64,000 bases of DNA, taken from Pavona decussata. Taxonomy: Eukaryota. Both the position numbers and the translations under genes were made by a program. Each line of letters opens with the position of its first letter. Position 1 is the first letter of the stretch. The stretch spans positions 3,596,001 to 3,660,000 of the forward strand of contig CDRNST010000049.1 of NCBI GenBank assembly GCA_977016875.1, read 5' to 3'. Positions 61,745 through 64,000 of the stretch are shown here, piece by piece. The notes under the pieces were generated by a model that worked only from the letters and a program-made list of their open reading frames with translations, was not told the DNA's origin and made no database searches.

Positions 61745-62332
61745 CTAGTGGTCGGCACGTGAACAATAACGCAATGACCTCAAAACGGCCCCTCTGAGAC
61801 TCCGAAAAAACTTATATTGCCCCTGTCTATTTAGGTGCACACCATCACGAGCGAGAAATCTCTGGGAAGAATTCCAAAAACCCCGATGACCCCAGAAAAA
61901 GGAATAAGGGAGTGCCTCCAGGAACGTTTTAACATAGCTGTTAAGTGCGCGGACACGCGCGTTAAATACAGGATTGGATCCTAGAAGGGTTTGGCATACA
62001 CAAACAAGCTTAACATTGTACGTGTCGTGCAAAATGGTTACTAACTCCTCAATAGCAGAACCCACCACTAAAGGATCAAGCCGGGAAAGATCGTTGGTTC
62101 CCAGCTGTAAGATAACTATGTCTGGCGCGAATGAAGCGACCACGGGGAGGTCGTATTGCATCGTTTTGGCCACAGTTCTACCCCCAACACCATGCCATTT
62201 GAATGTAGCAAGGGCAGTTAACAAGAATTGATGGTTATGGTTGGGGTTTGCGGCAACAAAGTATTCTAAACGCCTAATGAATGAATGCCCAAGTATTAAA
62301 ATCTTAGGATGAGCCATGCTAATACTAACCAA
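61745..62332 (-). CDS. SGNH/GDSL hydrolase carried by the Ngaro element
   Basis: Block I LILGHSF, block II GVGG, block III LQLGTND, block V DGVHL. The ORF is intact and lies just inside repeat A1. Confidence 0.9.
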   Translation of the reverse strand: MVSISMAHPKILILGHSFIRRLEYFVAANPNHNHQFLLTALATFKWHGVGGRTVAKTMQYDLPVVASFAPDIVILQLGTNDLSRLDPLVVGSAIEELVTILHDTYNVKLVCVCQTLLGSNPVFNARVRALNSYVKTFLEALPYSFFWGHRGFWNSSQRFLARDGVHLNRQGQYKFFRSLRGAVLRSLRYCSRADH

Positions 62333-63027
62333 AAATAACTGCTACAACTTGCCTGAAAAATTGTTTTCGCCAGGAGATATACTCGCTGTGATGGTGAAAG
62401 CAAGAGGGAATTCTTGCCAATGCGACCAGTCTTTTATACTAGCTGACAAATTAGGCTCTCCCACACGATTGGCTGTTATGTCACATGACAGACCACCATC
62501 GGATTAACAAATATGTGCCTAGACTACAATCGGTCAATGTATCGACATAAATAACATCATGCGTTGACATGATGTTTGGTTTAGTGTCCAGACTCCCCTA
62601 AGACCTAAAAATATATGCGCAGTCGGTGGATTCTGATTGGTCAGTCTTTTCCAAAGACAATTGGAACAATAGAGGACAAAATTATCCGTTCTAGGGGAGG
62701 TAGAAACCCTTGCGCGTGCGTGTGAGGATTTGCGGTTGGTTTTCGGCGCCTCGGCCGCTAATGGGTTAATCGATATTTACAGTTGTAAATAATCACAGAC
62801 ATACATATGCTCCCTACATAACCTTAAACCACAATCACCCTTTAGTATTGGAACTCTGTCCAACCAGATAATTCATGTAATCTTGACAGCAAAAACTCAT
62901 TGCTTTTTAGGGTCCACAGAACGGGGGTTTTTGGATAATATAGAAGAGATTGTGGTTAGATCACTACCAGAGGAGAACTTAAGAAATTTTATCAAGGACC
63001 GAGATGTGATTGAAACATACTTACTAA

Positions 63028-63308
63028 GGCATCGTCCACACGTATCTGGAAATTTGTGAAAACGCCCTTTTTTTGACGAAAACGGCTTGCGTTCACACGT
63101 ATCCAGCGTATTTTCTGGCTGTATCCGGAAATTTTTGAAAATGCTCTCCAGAGTGGAAATTTTTTTAGCCAATACGAATAGGTATACGTGTGGACGGTCG
63201 TATAAGGAAATTTTCGAATACGCTTCCGACATTCTCCTGGATCCAGTCTTCACGGCGAGCAAAAAAAATATTTACGGAAAAAATTTCCGGATACGGGTGG
63301 ACATGGCC
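63028..63308. mobile_element. PIF/Harbinger MITE
   Basis: TIR GGC...GTCCAC(A/C)CGTATC; TAA TSD (63025-63027 and 63309-63311). Confidence 0.85.
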
Positions 63309-63674
63309 TAAATCAAGTTACATTCTGTGAAGAAATGGTTCAGGTATATCTTGTGAATACAATATTCATGTGCTCTTCAAAGCATCCTTGGGAGAGTTAC
63401 AAGCAGTAACTTATTATGATATGAAAGGTTAACGCTGCATGCTTTTGAAATGTGTCTGTAAGGGTAATAAGGCATAGATTCTATATGAATCACTTTTATT
63501 TTCATAAAGCAACCGGCACATGGAGGTACAGTCAACTCTATCAATAAATTGTGGACACCATCAGAGCTGCTAGTTAGTGTCCTTAATAGTGAGAGTGGAT
63601 AATGGAAGAAGATTATTTCAGTAGGTTATTAGTCTGTAATTTACTTTTACCAGGGATTAACCTGCAAGCTGCAC

Positions 63675-64000
63675 TTGTCAATTTAGGTTATTTTGTACTG
63701 AATATCCTCTTGCATGTCGCACATGTCAATTTGGGAAATGTTGTTTATCCTTTCTGGTTCACCCAGGTAGAAGTCCTGGCATTGATATGTGCCTGAGCGC
63801 TTCTGGGATATGCAACATGGAAATTATTATTTTGAGTCGCACATATCAATCTAGGTAATGTTGTATATCCTTTCTGGTTCACCCAAATAGAAGTCCTGGC
63901 ATGTACGTGCCTGAGCGCTTCTGGGATATGCAACATGAAAATCATTACTTTGAGGCAACATGTCAATTTAGGTTATATGGTATATTGTTTCTGAAAATTA
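63675..64000. repeat. ~120-bp tandem repeat (minisatellite)
   Basis: 63716-63835 is repeated at 63836-63953, with degenerate partial units on both sides. Confidence 0.8.

Larger units (their letters stand above)
56346..62582 (-). mobile_element. Near-complete Ngaro/PAT-type tyrosine-recombinase retrotransposon with split direct repeats
   Basis: Repeat A at 62357-62582 = 56647-56872; repeat B at 56871-57099 = 56346-56574. Order on the minus strand is A1-ORFs-B1-A2-B2. Encodes SGNH, gag, RT, RNase H and YR. Confidence 0.95.
51367..62765. mobile_element. Putative non-autonomous piggyBac-like element hosting the Kolobok and Ngaro insertions
   Basis: TTAA|CCCATTGCAGCC at 51363 and GGCCGCTAATGGG|TTAA at 62765. 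About 1.1 kb remains after removing the two nested elements. The TIR match is short. Confidence 0.45.

Overview
This is AT-rich eukaryotic (animal) DNA made almost entirely of nested transposable elements. The repeat repertoire suggests a marine invertebrate such as a scleractinian coral; that is inference, not shown by the sequence. No intact host gene, rRNA, true tRNA or CRISPR array was found. From left to right: a tRNA-derived SINE-like repeat with a palindrome; an alpha-kinase pseudogene; a THAP fragment; and a decayed hAT element. A Gypsy LTR element follows, with its 5' LTR split by a Mutator-like element (10-bp TSD) and its protease split by a complete 13-kb CACTA/EnSpm element. The CACTA element carries an apparently intact 6-exon, ~1019-aa transposase and a divergent 10-exon accessory gene ending in a Tudor/SH3-like domain. 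Next come Harbinger remnants and MITEs, an HMG-box-like/coiled-coil ORF converging on a possible RAG1/Transib-like fragment, HECT and Myb/SANT fragments, Penelope, L2/CR1 and L1/Tx1 LINE remnants, and a RAG1/Chapaev-like remnant. A putative piggyBac-like element hosts both a Kolobok element and a near-complete, young Ngaro-type tyrosine-recombinase retrotransposon. That element has split direct repeats, a 5' SGNH hydrolase ORF and a hairpin-motif array in its 3' region. All family assignments come from motifs recognised by eye; no searches were run.
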